IMG/VR virus record: IMGVR_UViG_3300028561_000525
Length of the DNA: 64,000 bases
Direction: 5' to 3' (one strand)
From: a virus
Lineage: Duplodnaviria; Heunggongvirae; Uroviricota; Caudoviricetes
Shown: in pieces, positions 35,734 through 44,621 of the stretch
Layout: the number at the start of each line of letters is the position of its first letter
Position numbering within the stretch: the stretch's first letter is position 1
Notes under the pieces: generated by a model
The model's input: the letters and a program-made list of their open reading frames with translations, nothing else
Databases searched by the model: none
What the model was told of the DNA's origin: nothing
Made by a program: the position numbers and the translations under genes

Positions 35734-36878
35734 AATATTTATTAGTAGAGCCAAAAGTAAAATCAATTGCACCGAATATTGCCTTGATGAAATGGGCAAC
35801 ATGGTGTGAGAGAAATAAACATAAGTACGAATATGTGGTTGGTACAGTTAGACCTAAAATCACTCCTGATAGGATACTTATATCATGTATCTTCACATAT
35901 TATTCACAAAGATACAAAGAAACAATTCGATATTATCAATCTCTTTTTCCGAAGGCAAATATTATTGTTGGGGGAACATTTCCTTCCGTGATGCCTGAAT
36001 GGTTTGAAACAAACTTTCCTTCAAATCCATTCTTTAATTTTGGAAAAGTTGAAATTCATAGAGGTATGAGTGAAAAAATAGAAAAGCTTCCACCTAAATA
36101 TTCTCTTGTGCCGGAAAATAAAAAGATTGTTCTATATGCCTCAAGAGGATGTCCAAATAAATGCGGTTATTGTATGGTTCCAAAGCTGGAAGGAGAAATG
36201 AAATCCTTCAAATCTATAAAACATATTCTCCTTCACGGAAAAGGGGAAATTCCTGATGCAACGGGTGTAGTGTTATATGATAACAATTTTACAGCCCACG
36301 AATATTTTGATAATATTGTAGATGAATTGAAAGAATTTGATTTGCCGGTGGATATTCATGGGCTTCATGTTTCCTGTTTCACAGAACACCACGCGAAGAG
36401 ATTTTCTGAGTTGAAATGGGGGGCTCAGCATGAAAGTGGAACGGCATATTTGAGATTCAGTTTTGATTTTGTCAAATATGAAAGGGATATAAGGCGGGCC
36501 CTTGAATGGGTTGAGAAATATAAAATTAAGGCAGGATTTTTCTGTTATATGCTTTTCAATTGGAGAGACACCCCCCATGATTTTTGGAAGAGAATTATGC
36601 TTGCCCAAAATATGGTTGATGATATCGGAAGGACGATTTTTCTCTTTCCTCAAAGATTTGAGCCATTATATGCATTGGAACGAAATAAGTTTATTGGAAA
36701 ACATTGGACAAAAGAAAAAGTGGTTGGTATAGTAAAATTGTATACTTTTATGCATGGATTTCTCCCACTTACAAAATCAAAAAATTTATTCAGATGGATA
36801 GGTGAGACAGAAGATGAGTTTTGGCATCATGTAAATAACTTTTCTTCTATTAAAAACTACAGATTGGTAAAAAAATAA
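35730..36878 (+). CDS. radical SAM enzyme (382 aa)
   Basis: ASRGCPNKCGYCMVP is the CxxxCxxC radical-SAM cluster motif. ATGA overlap with the nuclease-like gene. Confidence 0.6.
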   Translation: MKYLLVEPKVKSIAPNIALMKWATWCERNKHKYEYVVGTVRPKITPDRILISCIFTYYSQRYKETIRYYQSLFPKANIIVGGTFPSVMPEWFETNFPSNPFFNFGKVEIHRGMSEKIEKLPPKYSLVPENKKIVLYASRGCPNKCGYCMVPKLEGEMKSFKSIKHILLHGKGEIPDATGVVLYDNNFTAHEYFDNIVDELKEFDLPVDIHGLHVSCFTEHHAKRFSELKWGAQHESGTAYLRFSFDFVKYERDIRRALEWVEKYKIKAGFFCYMLFNWRDTPHDFWKRIMLAQNMVDDIGRTIFLFPQRFEPLYALERNKFIGKHWTKEKVVGIVKLYTFMHGFLPLTKSKNLFRWIGETEDEFWHHVNNFSSIKNYRLVKK

Positions 36879-36981
36879 TTATGAACATAATAGATTTTGA
36901 TACATTATTGGGTGTTTTGATAGTAGTATTTCTTTACTACCTTTATACAATTGTAAGAGATAACAGAAAGGGGAAATAGTT

Positions 36982-37269
36982 ATGGACAATAGACCAATGA
37001 CGGGCGAGGAAATCGCAAGGGAAATGAAAACCACAAGGCAGTATGTTTCTCAAACCCTCAAGTCCGGTATGAAGAAAGTGTATTGTGGTATTGCAAGAAC
37101 AAAACCACATTATACACCTTACGAGATTGCACTTGAAATGTTATTGATGTTCGATGTGAGCACCCACGATGCTCCGGCCTTCTTCAATCTCTTCCCACCA
37201 AAGTACAGGGAGAAAATCAAGAAGGATGCGACCAAGAGATTTCCGGGCGTTGCGAGAAGGGGGAAGTAA
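36982..37269 (+). CDS. small HTH DNA-binding protein, sigma-70 region-4-like (paralog of 61582-61941)
   Basis: GEEIAREMKTTRQYVSQTLKSGMKKVYCGI...TPYEIALEM, versus ISEIARQMGITRQAASQTLKRALKKFYFGV...TPFQIALIM in the paralog. Confidence 0.5.
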   Translation: MDNRPMTGEEIAREMKTTRQYVSQTLKSGMKKVYCGIARTKPHYTPYEIALEMLLMFDVSTHDAPAFFNLFPPKYREKIKKDATKRFPGVARRGK

Positions 37270-37493
37270 TGAAAACCTACACCAAGGACATACACAATTG
37301 TAAAGAGTGCCCGAATATCAGGTTTTGGAGTGATAGTGCGGCACACGATGGCCCGTTTGATGACAGATTTCCGTGTTGTATTGCAACACCGGATGTGAAA
37401 CCGGCAATACCAAATGTCAGGGCGGCCTCGTTTTATAAAGCATTGTGGCGGGAAGATTGGGAGAATAATATACCTGATTGGTGTCCACTATAA
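37269..37493 (+). CDS. CxxCP...WCPL zinc-ribbon family member 2
   Basis: CKECPNIRFWSDSA...DWCPL. Confidence 0.45.
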   Translation: MKTYTKDIHNCKECPNIRFWSDSAAHDGPFDDRFPCCIATPDVKPAIPNVRAASFYKALWREDWENNIPDWCPL

Positions 37494-37504
37494 GGAGAAA
37501 TAAT

Positions 37505-37870
37505 ATGCCACTATTGACAAGGGAACGGGAAAAAGAAATCAGGCTCCGATTTATTATTATGATGCTCATATTGGGGGCCTTCCTGTATTTTACTATTGTT
37601 GGTCTGAGCTGGGTTTTTGCAGACACGAAAATCTATGACGAGAATTACAGGACAAGAGGATATGTCAAGGATGGTGCCATCTACGACAAGTACGGTAACC
37701 GGACGGGTTATATAAAGGATGGTGCGGTCTATGACAAGAATTACAAGAGACAATATAACATCAAGGACAACAAGATTTACGACAAAGATTGGAACTACAA
37801 GGGCAAGATAGACGGCGGTAAAGTCTATGACAAGGAATATAAAACAAAGTATCATCTGGATGATAATTAG
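37505..37870 (+). CDS. TM-anchored protein with about 6 tandem YDK repeats
   Basis: IYDENYRTRGYVKDGAIYDKYGNRTGYIKDGAVYDKNYKRQYNIKDNKIYDKDWNYKGKIDGGKVYDKEY. Confidence 0.45.
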   Translation: MPLLTREREKEIRLRFIIMMLILGAFLYFTIVGLSWVFADTKIYDENYRTRGYVKDGAIYDKYGNRTGYIKDGAVYDKNYKRQYNIKDNKIYDKDWNYKGKIDGGKVYDKEYKTKYHLDDN

Positions 37871-38471
37871 CCTGTTCTTTTTCCTTCCGGTTGCGGAGGC
37901 GAGAAATGTCATCATTGATGCGGGTCATACATATATGGAGCCGGGCGTCATCTCCACTACAGGGGAACCGGAGTTGAAATATAATTTGTGGTTCGGTACT
38001 GTTCTTATGTGGAAATTGAACAAGGTTGGTGTGTTTTCTGAAATTGTCTCAAATCTTTCTCTGAAAGACAGGGTAAAGTATTTCAACAATTCCGATGTTG
38101 ATTTGGTGATATCAATTCACCACGATAGTACACAACCACAATATCTTGGTACAAACAAGTATAAAGGATTTTCCCTGTTTATCTATGACCGGAAGAATAT
38201 CCATCTCGCGGAGAGGATAGGTAAGGAACTTGTGAGTTGTGGTTATTCTCCCTCACTTCATCATGCGGAAGATATAGATGGTGAACGAAAGACACTTCTT
38301 TCAGAAGAATACGGTGTATATCAAGCGAATTTTTATATCCTGAAATATACTCGAAAACCGATTGTACTTCTGGAAGTCGGAGTCATTACAAATTCCGAAG
38401 AGGAAATGAAATTGAGAAAAAGTTCCGTAATTGACGGGATGACAAATTGTATTGTGGAGGCTGTAAAATGA
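37827..38471 (+). CDS. N-acetylmuramoyl-L-alanine amidase (Amidase_3) with a signal peptide, candidate endolysin
   Basis: NVIIDAGHTYMEPGV...DLVISIHHDS...LLEVGVITNSEEEMKL. The alternative start at 37857 is equally plausible. Confidence 0.75.
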   Translation: MTRNIKQSIIWMIISLFFFLPVAEARNVIIDAGHTYMEPGVISTTGEPELKYNLWFGTVLMWKLNKVGVFSEIVSNLSLKDRVKYFNNSDVDLVISIHHDSTQPQYLGTNKYKGFSLFIYDRKNIHLAERIGKELVSCGYSPSLHHAEDIDGERKTLLSEEYGVYQANFYILKYTRKPIVLLEVGVITNSEEEMKLRKSSVIDGMTNCIVEAVK

Positions 38472-38692
38472 AAAAACTGTTATTGGCAATTGTTCTGTTT
38501 TCGTTGTTGTTCATTGGTTGTGTACGACAAGAAGAGATGGGCACATCCAAACATAGTTATGACAAATACACTATAGAAATGGTGGCCTATTCCAAAATTC
38601 ACGGGATGGCAATCTATGAAACCACGATAGACGGTGATAGATATCTCATCTTCAGGGCGGGGAATAGTGGTATTGTGGTTATCAAAAAATAG
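38468..38692 (+). CDS. lipoprotein (74 aa), spanin-like candidate
   Basis: MKKLLLAIVLFSLLFIGCV lipobox. ATGA overlap with the amidase gene. Confidence 0.45.
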   Translation: MKKLLLAIVLFSLLFIGCVRQEEMGTSKHSYDKYTIEMVAYSKIHGMAIYETTIDGDRYLIFRAGNSGIVVIKK

Positions 38693-38790
38693 GGTAAAAA
38701 TGGTGTAAAATACCGTAATTTTTGGGTTTTTTGACCTTTTTTACCCTCAAAAATGGTCTATCTTATTGAAATCATTGAGAAACATTTCTA

Positions 38791-38819
38791 TTGACATTAT
38801 ATTCAAATTGTGGTAGAAT
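38791..38819 (+). promoter_or_regulatory. sigma70 promoter TTGACA-17-TAGAAT (TGG extension)
   Basis: TTGACA 38791-96, TAGAAT 38814-19. Confidence 0.55.
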
Positions 38820-38853
38820 TATCATAGAAAAATCGGAAAGGACAGGACAGGAA

Positions 38854-39150
38854 ATGACGAAAATCCCCACCAATCTTCGAAAGAAAATCAACAACAAGAT
38901 TTACGCCCTCACCAAAACACTTCATAACCATATCGTTCTATCCGAAATTGATTTCATTCTCCGTGAACACGGTCTTTTCCTCATTCAAGAGGATGGTACT
39001 CCGTGGTCAGGTTTCCTTCTCGGTGAAAACAGCCATACGACAATCGAGATTGGAAACGAGTTCGGGAAAGTCACCAATTCCGTCTTAGCCATTTCGTGGT
39101 ATCGTTACTCCAACACCGGACGGTATGAAACCGTCGCTTACATTTCCTGA
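38854..39150 (+). CDS. hypothetical protein (98 aa)
   Basis: RBS AGGACAGGAAATG. Confidence 0.45.
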   Translation: MTKIPTNLRKKINNKIYALTKTLHNHIVLSEIDFILREHGLFLIQEDGTPWSGFLLGENSHTTIEIGNEFGKVTNSVLAISWYRYSNTGRYETVAYIS

Positions 39151-39166
39151 TGAAAGGAAAATCAGA

Positions 39167-39343
39167 ATGACCAAAAGAGAAAAGTTCAAGTATGTAGTCG
39201 AAATTCTCGAAGGTGAAATTTTCAACAATACTTTGAAAACGGCGGTCATCGGAAAAACTCTTCTTGAAGAAGGGTTATGTAACAGAGAGAACATTTTGAA
39301 AGTTCAGAAAACATTCAGAAAGAAAGGTATCACGGTAAAGTAA
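39167..39343 (+). CDS. hypothetical protein (58 aa)
   Basis: RBS AAAGGAAAATCAGAATG. Confidence 0.35.
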   Translation: MTKREKFKYVVEILEGEIFNNTLKTAVIGKTLLEEGLCNRENILKVQKTFRKKGITVK

Positions 39344-39547
39344 GTGGAAGTTGTCAGGACATTTGACAAACCATACAAGATGGTTGGAAAACACCGTCAC
39401 AAATGCCGGATTTGTGGTAAGTTGATTTCTGACGGTGAAATGACCACATTCCAACTTGTGAAACAAGAGAAGTTTTATCCTGTAAAGGGTATAATGAGAT
39501 TTAACAAGTGGTTTTATTATCACAAAGACTGTAGGAAAGGAAAATAA
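39344..39547 (+). CDS. zinc-ribbon protein (67 aa)
   Basis: GTG start. HKCRICGK...HKDC. Confidence 0.35.
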   Translation: MEVVRTFDKPYKMVGKHRHKCRICGKLISDGEMTTFQLVKQEKFYPVKGIMRFNKWFYYHKDCRKGK

Positions 39548-39945
39548 TGAGTACGACATTCACAAAAGACACAATCAAGAAACTCCGGTCAGAGATCGAC
39601 AAGGCTCTTTCCCCTCTCGGAAAGAAATACAAGATCGAGTTCAATCTCGGTAACATCTATTTCACCGAAAATCAGTTTCGGGGGAAGTTGACTGGCACTT
39701 CCGATAGGAAAGCGGTCGTTCAAAAGAAGAAGGAAACCGATGAGCATTCCTTCAAGGTTTTCGCCAAGTATTCCGGTCTTGACCCCAACCTTCTCGGTAA
39801 GGTTATCACTCTCGGTACTACACAGTACAAGATTGTGGGTTGGAATAACAGAGCCCGCAAGTCTCCTGTCAAGTTACAGAGGGTGTCGGACGGTAAAGGT
39901 TTCAAGGCTTCGGTTGACTTCATCAAATATTCCCTGAAAGGATAA
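39547..39945 (+). CDS. hypothetical protein (132 aa)
   Basis: ATGA overlap. Confidence 0.5.
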   Translation: MSTTFTKDTIKKLRSEIDKALSPLGKKYKIEFNLGNIYFTENQFRGKLTGTSDRKAVVQKKKETDEHSFKVFAKYSGLDPNLLGKVITLGTTQYKIVGWNNRARKSPVKLQRVSDGKGFKASVDFIKYSLKG

Positions 39946-39949
39946 TACA

Positions 39950-40324
39950 ATGAAAGAGAAAAAACAGTACAACTTCCTTATGAAGGTTCCCAATAACCAT
40001 TTCGGATTGTCTCTTATTGAGGAAATGAAGAAACATCTCAACAAGGACAGCTATCGCCTGAGGTTGCGTGGCACCAATCCTGATTGGGAAAAAGCCAAGA
40101 AGGACGGTATTCCTACCAATGTAAACTATTTTCGGGTTTCAACTCCTCTGAAGTATGCCAAGGAAATCAGGGTTTACATTTGTGCCAAGCTCGGTAATTA
40201 TTACTACGGTGTTGTCGCCCCGATGGGAATAGACTATGTGAAGCTCAGATTTAAAGGTACTGACGATGCCGAGGGTCAGAGCGATGAAATATCTTTTCCC
40301 AATAACAGATGTGAGTTAGGATAA
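39950..40324 (+). CDS. hypothetical protein (124 aa)
   Basis: ORF in the operon. Confidence 0.5.
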   Translation: MKEKKQYNFLMKVPNNHFGLSLIEEMKKHLNKDSYRLRLRGTNPDWEKAKKDGIPTNVNYFRVSTPLKYAKEIRVYICAKLGNYYYGVVAPMGIDYVKLRFKGTDDAEGQSDEISFPNNRCELG

Positions 40325-40328
40325 GAAA

Positions 40329-40538
40329 ATGAAAAAGATGATCTGGAAAGTTTGTAACGGTGAAGCCCACGGAAACCCATACATCGATCATTGTATGGTC
40401 TGTATGCCTTGGTGGGGTTCCTATCCTGTCTGCCCCTATTGTGGTAGAAAAGGATATGGAAGAAGCACCGGAAGAAAAAGAATGAAATGTGCCTTTTGTA
40501 AAAGGTTCGCGGAGTATACTGAAGATACAACCAGATAG
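40329..40538 (+). CDS. zinc-ribbon protein (69 aa)
   Basis: CNGEAHGNPYIDHCMVCMPWWGSYPVCPYCGRKGYG...CAFCKRF. Confidence 0.4.
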   Translation: MKKMIWKVCNGEAHGNPYIDHCMVCMPWWGSYPVCPYCGRKGYGRSTGRKRMKCAFCKRFAEYTEDTTR

Positions 40539-40547
40539 GATTGGAAA

Positions 40548-40751
40548 ATGAAAATCAGGACAATCAAACTGGATCAAAACGATGTTATTCTTGAAATCAG
40601 GGAGAGCTTTCCTGTCAAGACAAGAAAGGATGGCCGTCTGGACGGCCAGACCGAAAGATTTGTCAGACAGCTCATCAAAGACCTTGAGGAAAAGGATAAG
40701 AGTGATAAAATCTTCATCGAAAGAGTTACCGATGAAGGTAAATGGTTTTAG
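40548..40751 (+). CDS. hypothetical protein (67 aa)
   Basis: ORF in the operon. Confidence 0.4.
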   Translation: MKIRTIKLDQNDVILEIRESFPVKTRKDGRLDGQTERFVRQLIKDLEEKDKSDKIFIERVTDEGKWF

Positions 40752-40761
40752 GAGTGGAAAG

Positions 40762-40965
40762 ATGATAATTGTTTCACCAAATGCGGCCTGTATCAGATGC
40801 CTCAGTATCGAATATCTTGCGGTTCACGATGTAGTGAGGGATGATAAGGTCATTGGACATTATTACACTTGTAAAAAGTGTAGGGCTGAAATGGATAAAA
40901 TGAAAGGTGAGCCCGATATCTTCATCTGTTATCCCTTCTCTACTGAAAGGAAAGAAAATGAGTAG
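40762..40965 (+). CDS. zinc-ribbon protein (67 aa)
   Basis: RBS AGGAGTGGAAAGATG. CIRC...CKKCRAE. Confidence 0.4.
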   Translation: MIIVSPNAACIRCLSIEYLAVHDVVRDDKVIGHYYTCKKCRAEMDKMKGEPDIFICYPFSTERKENE

Positions 40966-41155
40966 AATATTTTACGATGACAATTATGGTGTCTATGACA
41001 TTCGGGATCAGGATGACATAGACTTCTACTTTGAGACACAGAGAAACTCCGTCTGGAAAACCTGTGAACGCTGTGGTCGTAGAGTGAAAATTCGCAGGGA
41101 TTACGCCATCTGTAATTCCTGTGCAGACGCAATTGAAAAAGGATTGGATTACTAA
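40958..41155 (+). CDS. zinc-ribbon protein (65 aa)
   Basis: ATGA overlap. CERCGRR...CNSCAD. Confidence 0.4.
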   Translation: MSRIFYDDNYGVYDIRDQDDIDFYFETQRNSVWKTCERCGRRVKIRRDYAICNSCADAIEKGLDY

Positions 41156-41176
41156 AAACAAGGAAAGGAAAATAAA

Positions 41177-41371
41177 ATGGAAAAGAAGTATAGTGTAACA
41201 GTTCAGTTTGATTTGTCAAAGGTGGAATTGAATGACATCTTTGATATTGAGCGGAGACTTGCCAAGCTCGGTATTCACTTTGATACCGGGGCGGGTGGTG
41301 GTTACAGGGATTGGGAATTGGATTGGTCGATTATTGGCCCTATGTCTGTCAAAGTAAGAGAGGAGAAGTAA
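41177..41371 (+). CDS. hypothetical protein (64 aa)
   Basis: RBS AAGGAAAGGAAAATAAAATG. Confidence 0.4.
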   Translation: MEKKYSVTVQFDLSKVELNDIFDIERRLAKLGIHFDTGAGGGYRDWELDWSIIGPMSVKVREEK

Positions 41372-41372
41372 T

Positions 41373-41744
41373 ATGTACAAACATTTTCCAGAGAGAAATT
41401 TCTATCCTGAGCAGAGAGCTCGGGCGTTGGCAATGTTTTTAGATATTTCGGATGGTCGCATCCGTGATATCAATGATCGGACATTCGAATTTGGGGGTCA
41501 TAACTATCTCGTTCTGACCAATGAGGAAGCAGACGAGATGGAAAATCTCTCTCTTGAGAATTACATTGACGATGTGATCTTCCCCACACTTCCGGCAAGT
41601 GTTCATCCCTATTTCGATAGGGAGAAGTGGAAAGATGAGGCCAGGTACGCCGGCCGTGGTCAGTCTCTTGCCGCCTGGGATGGTGAAGAGCACGAAATCA
41701 CGATGGGATGGGATAATGTCACCTATTACATCTACAAGAGTTAG
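41373..41744 (+). CDS. hypothetical acidic protein (123 aa)
   Basis: ATG 1 nt after the previous stop. Confidence 0.5.
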   Translation: MYKHFPERNFYPEQRARALAMFLDISDGRIRDINDRTFEFGGHNYLVLTNEEADEMENLSLENYIDDVIFPTLPASVHPYFDREKWKDEARYAGRGQSLAAWDGEEHEITMGWDNVTYYIYKS

Positions 41745-41754
41745 GAGCTGATAT

Positions 41755-41970
41755 ATGAAGGAAACAACCTATAAGGGATTGGTCGAGGCTATCGAGAAGC
41801 TCGGCGATGTTCAGAAAAAAATCAGGAACTCATTCAATGTCTCTGAAACAAATCAGGACATCAAGGATGCCCGTGAGTATGGTTACATTTCCTCATCCAT
41901 AAAGGATTTGGAACTCATTACGGATGAGTTGAAAACCATCAGGTCACTCTTCTTTTTGAAGGACGAGTAA
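41755..41970 (+). CDS. hypothetical protein (71 aa)
   Basis: RBS AGGAGCTGATATATG. Confidence 0.4.
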   Translation: MKETTYKGLVEAIEKLGDVQKKIRNSFNVSETNQDIKDAREYGYISSSIKDLELITDELKTIRSLFFLKDE

Positions 41971-42129
41971 TATGAGGATAGACAAACCGATAAAACCGCC
42001 TTGTCCTAAGACAAGAAAGACATTGGACACTTATGAGTGCTGGTATAACTGCCACGGTTTCCATAATGGTAAACATTGCAAGTCGTATCAGGAATATTTG
42101 AGAAGGTATAGGGTAAACAAACACAAATA
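41971..42129 (+). CDS. small Cys/His-rich basic protein (52 aa)
   Basis: PCPKTRK...CWYNCHGFHNGKHCKSY. Confidence 0.3.
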
Positions 42130-42139
42130 GGAAAGGAGT

Positions 42140-42442
42140 ATGGTTTTCAACGACAAGATAAAAAAATTACGGGAAAGAGTAAAGAATAGAAACTGGTATG
42201 TTCCAATGGGTATCAAGTTATACTCTGACTGCCAAATAGTTTCTTATCCGCTAGACTTCAAGAGTAAACTGAAACCACTCGCAAATTCTGTAATATTTGG
42301 CGAAGAAAATGGTATTGATGTAAAAGCCGCCAAAAGAGCAGTCGCTATTTGTGAGGAGTTGTGGTCTTTGAGAGAGGAAATAGAGAAATTTGATACCGCT
42401 TGCCGGAAACAAGCGGAGATAAATTTGAAAAGGAAAAAATGA
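42140..42442 (+). CDS. hypothetical protein (100 aa)
   Basis: RBS AAAGGAGTATG. Confidence 0.45.
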   Translation: MVFNDKIKKLRERVKNRNWYVPMGIKLYSDCQIVSYPLDFKSKLKPLANSVIFGEENGIDVKAAKRAVAICEELWSLREEIEKFDTACRKQAEINLKRKK

Positions 42443-42627
42443 AAGAAATAAAACTGGTCATATCAGATGAAGTATATCGTGATTTGAGAACGGCACTACA
42501 GGTAAAGTGGTTGTGCCAAATGTCCGGGCCTGATCTTACATTGGCCATCATAGAAAGACTTCTCAAGTCTTTGGACAATAATGAACCAGTTTGTGAGTTC
42601 ATCTACAAATCGGAAAGGAAAGAGTAA
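42439..42627 (+). CDS. hypothetical protein (62 aa)
   Basis: ATGA overlap. Confidence 0.35.
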   Translation: MKEIKLVISDEVYRDLRTALQVKWLCQMSGPDLTLAIIERLLKSLDNNEPVCEFIYKSERKE

Positions 42628-42628
42628 T

Positions 42629-42799
42629 ATGGATTTGTTTTTGTGGAACTGTATATTGGCCGTGTTGTTTTTCATTGGTAAGGTATTGTTCTTTACCTTT
42701 GTCGTGATGGGGTTTCTTGTAATAGTTGGTGGCCTTCTGGCCTTCATCGGATTCGCGATTACATTCGGTATCCGGTTAGCAATCGGAAAGGAGAAGTAA
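42629..42799 (+). CDS. small membrane protein (56 aa)
   Basis: RBS GGAAAGGAAAGAGTAATATG. Two TM helices. Confidence 0.35.
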   Translation: MDLFLWNCILAVLFFIGKVLFFTFVVMGFLVIVGGLLAFIGFAITFGIRLAIGKEK

Positions 42800-42800
42800 T

Positions 42801-43340
42801 ATGAAGATTTTGGATATGAAAGTTCATTGGTATGAGAACTTTGACAACGAGCCGGAGCTTATGCTCTTGGTGGACAAGTTACCTGACCACGATGATCTCA
42901 GGTATGAGAAGAAAGGCCCCCTGTATTTTGCGGAGAAAGATGGATATGTGTCCTTCTTCGCCTACAGTCAGCCGGGTGACGGGTACGGTGGACGGGTATT
43001 CCCCATTGTCCTTACGGACGGCACCAAGATGGATTTGAAAGGCCCGTGGTCAAGCAGGGCCGGTGCGATGAACCGGGCGGGTTTTGTGCCTTGCCTCGAT
43101 GTGATCATCACCGATGATCCTGAAGTGTGGAAGAAAGGTTATACTTTCTATGCGGCGCATGTCACGAAGAAACTGGTAGATGAATATATCGGTGAGCTTC
43201 TTCCCGATGTGATACTTCTTGAAAGCAAACCTTATGGTGAGGATGATGACATTGTTTATATTCCTTATCTGAAGGATGGTAGGAAGAAGCCCAATCCTCA
43301 AACCTATTGGGGTAAACAGAGAAATAACTGGAAGGAATAA
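42801..43340 (+). CDS. hypothetical protein (179 aa)
   Basis: ATG 2 nt after the previous stop. Confidence 0.5.
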   Translation: MKILDMKVHWYENFDNEPELMLLVDKLPDHDDLRYEKKGPLYFAEKDGYVSFFAYSQPGDGYGGRVFPIVLTDGTKMDLKGPWSSRAGAMNRAGFVPCLDVIITDDPEVWKKGYTFYAAHVTKKLVDEYIGELLPDVILLESKPYGEDDDIVYIPYLKDGRKKPNPQTYWGKQRNNWKE

Positions 43341-43343
43341 AAT

Positions 43344-43715
43344 ATGAAGAGACTGCTCATCATCATATTACTGTTACAGGGTATGTGGACTTTTCCCGTA
43401 GATGCCCAACAATGGGGAATATCTTATGGGTTTGACATATACAGTTGTTCCTATCTCTTGTCAAAGGATGGTCAGAATATGGGCACCATCTCTACAGAGT
43501 ATAAACTATCTCATCGTATTCCGAAAGATGAGAGAATAAAAATGGCTGAAAAATGGTCAGAGGAATATATGTATGGCTATCTGAAACAGGGATATAATGT
43601 AGAATGTCATTGTTTCTGGATAACAGTCAAATCCGCAATGGGTGGCGGTATTGGTACTGGTTATACTGGTGGGTTGGAAAGAGCAGAACAACCAATGAAG
43701 AACATAACAAAATAA
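43344..43715 (+). CDS. secreted protein (signal peptide, 123 aa)
   Basis: MKRLLIIILLLQGMWTFPVDAQQ. Confidence 0.5.
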   Translation: MKRLLIIILLLQGMWTFPVDAQQWGISYGFDIYSCSYLLSKDGQNMGTISTEYKLSHRIPKDERIKMAEKWSEEYMYGYLKQGYNVECHCFWITVKSAMGGGIGTGYTGGLERAEQPMKNITK

Positions 43716-43730
43716 GGAAAGGAATAAAAT

Positions 43731-43928
43731 ATGACAAAGGCTATTTACATAAATCGGTGCATCGAATGTCCTTATTTTGTAGAGGACATTATGAGTGACT
43801 TTTGTGAGTTGCTTGAAGGTAAGGTCATCTATAAGGGATATGAACGAGTTCCACCTATCTGCCCCTTGAAGGATGTTCCCTATACGGATCAGTATTATTA
43901 TACGACAAAAACGGCAAAGGAGAAATAA
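43731..43928 (+). CDS. CxxCPYF...CPLKD zinc-ribbon family member 3
   Basis: INRCIECPYFVEDIMSDFCELLEG...PPICPLKDV. Confidence 0.45.
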   Translation: MTKAIYINRCIECPYFVEDIMSDFCELLEGKVIYKGYERVPPICPLKDVPYTDQYYYTTKTAKEK

Positions 43929-43929
43929 T

Positions 43930-44145
43930 ATGAAACCGCCAAAACTGAAGGCGTTTTATTTTGATGTGACCGTGACCGGAATTGCCCTTGTTTATGCCTA
44001 TTCCCGTAATGAGGCTCTGGACATTCTCAAAGATGCAAGGGTTATGGTTGCCGGAAACAAGATGAGAAATCCTGATATCTCAATCGCTCAGGATGATGGA
44101 TTTATGCTTGTTGCAGATACAGGTGAGGATCATAGAGAGGAGTAG
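43930..44145 (+). CDS. hypothetical protein (71 aa)
   Basis: RBS AAGGAGAAATAATATG. Confidence 0.4.
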   Translation: MKPPKLKAFYFDVTVTGIALVYAYSRNEALDILKDARVMVAGNKMRNPDISIAQDDGFMLVADTGEDHREE

Positions 44146-44148
44146 AAT

Positions 44149-44382
44149 ATGGCAAACAAATTATCACCTTTTCTCGGATTTACAGATAGTGTGCATATCA
44201 GATCGGAGTTGACAAACGATTTTGTCTATGCAAGGTATATTGTCCTTTATGACCATAGGGGCAATGAGTACAGGATGGACAAGAAGTTGATTTTGGATTT
44301 CTTGAATTTCCATTCTGACGAATTGGTAGCAATCAAGAAAAGAAAACATACCCATTTGAAATGGATGAACAATGAGGAGTAA
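44149..44382 (+). CDS. hypothetical protein (77 aa)
   Basis: ORF in the operon. Confidence 0.4.
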   Translation: MANKLSPFLGFTDSVHIRSELTNDFVYARYIVLYDHRGNEYRMDKKLILDFLNFHSDELVAIKKRKHTHLKWMNNEE

Positions 44383-44386
44383 AATT

Positions 44387-44620
44387 ATGAAGAACGAATG
44401 TGGCAAGACGAGAGATGTCAAGGATCCCTATGAAATCTGGATGAACAATCAGGGATGGGAGTGGAGAGTTCTCAAGAAGTATCAGACGCCTGAAAGGGAA
44501 AAACAGAACCCCTATGCTCGCTGGTTCTGTGCTGTGAAGTCTCCGTTTACTTATGGTTCCTACGAATACGGTGACACCTATGTGAAGGATGTCATCACCT
44601 ACGCTTACAGGGTGAAGTAA
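44387..44620 (+). CDS. hypothetical protein (77 aa)
   Basis: RBS GAGGAGTAAAATTATG. Confidence 0.4.
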   Translation: MKNECGKTRDVKDPYEIWMNNQGWEWRVLKKYQTPEREKQNPYARWFCAVKSPFTYGSYEYGDTYVKDVITYAYRVK

Positions 44621-44621
44621 A

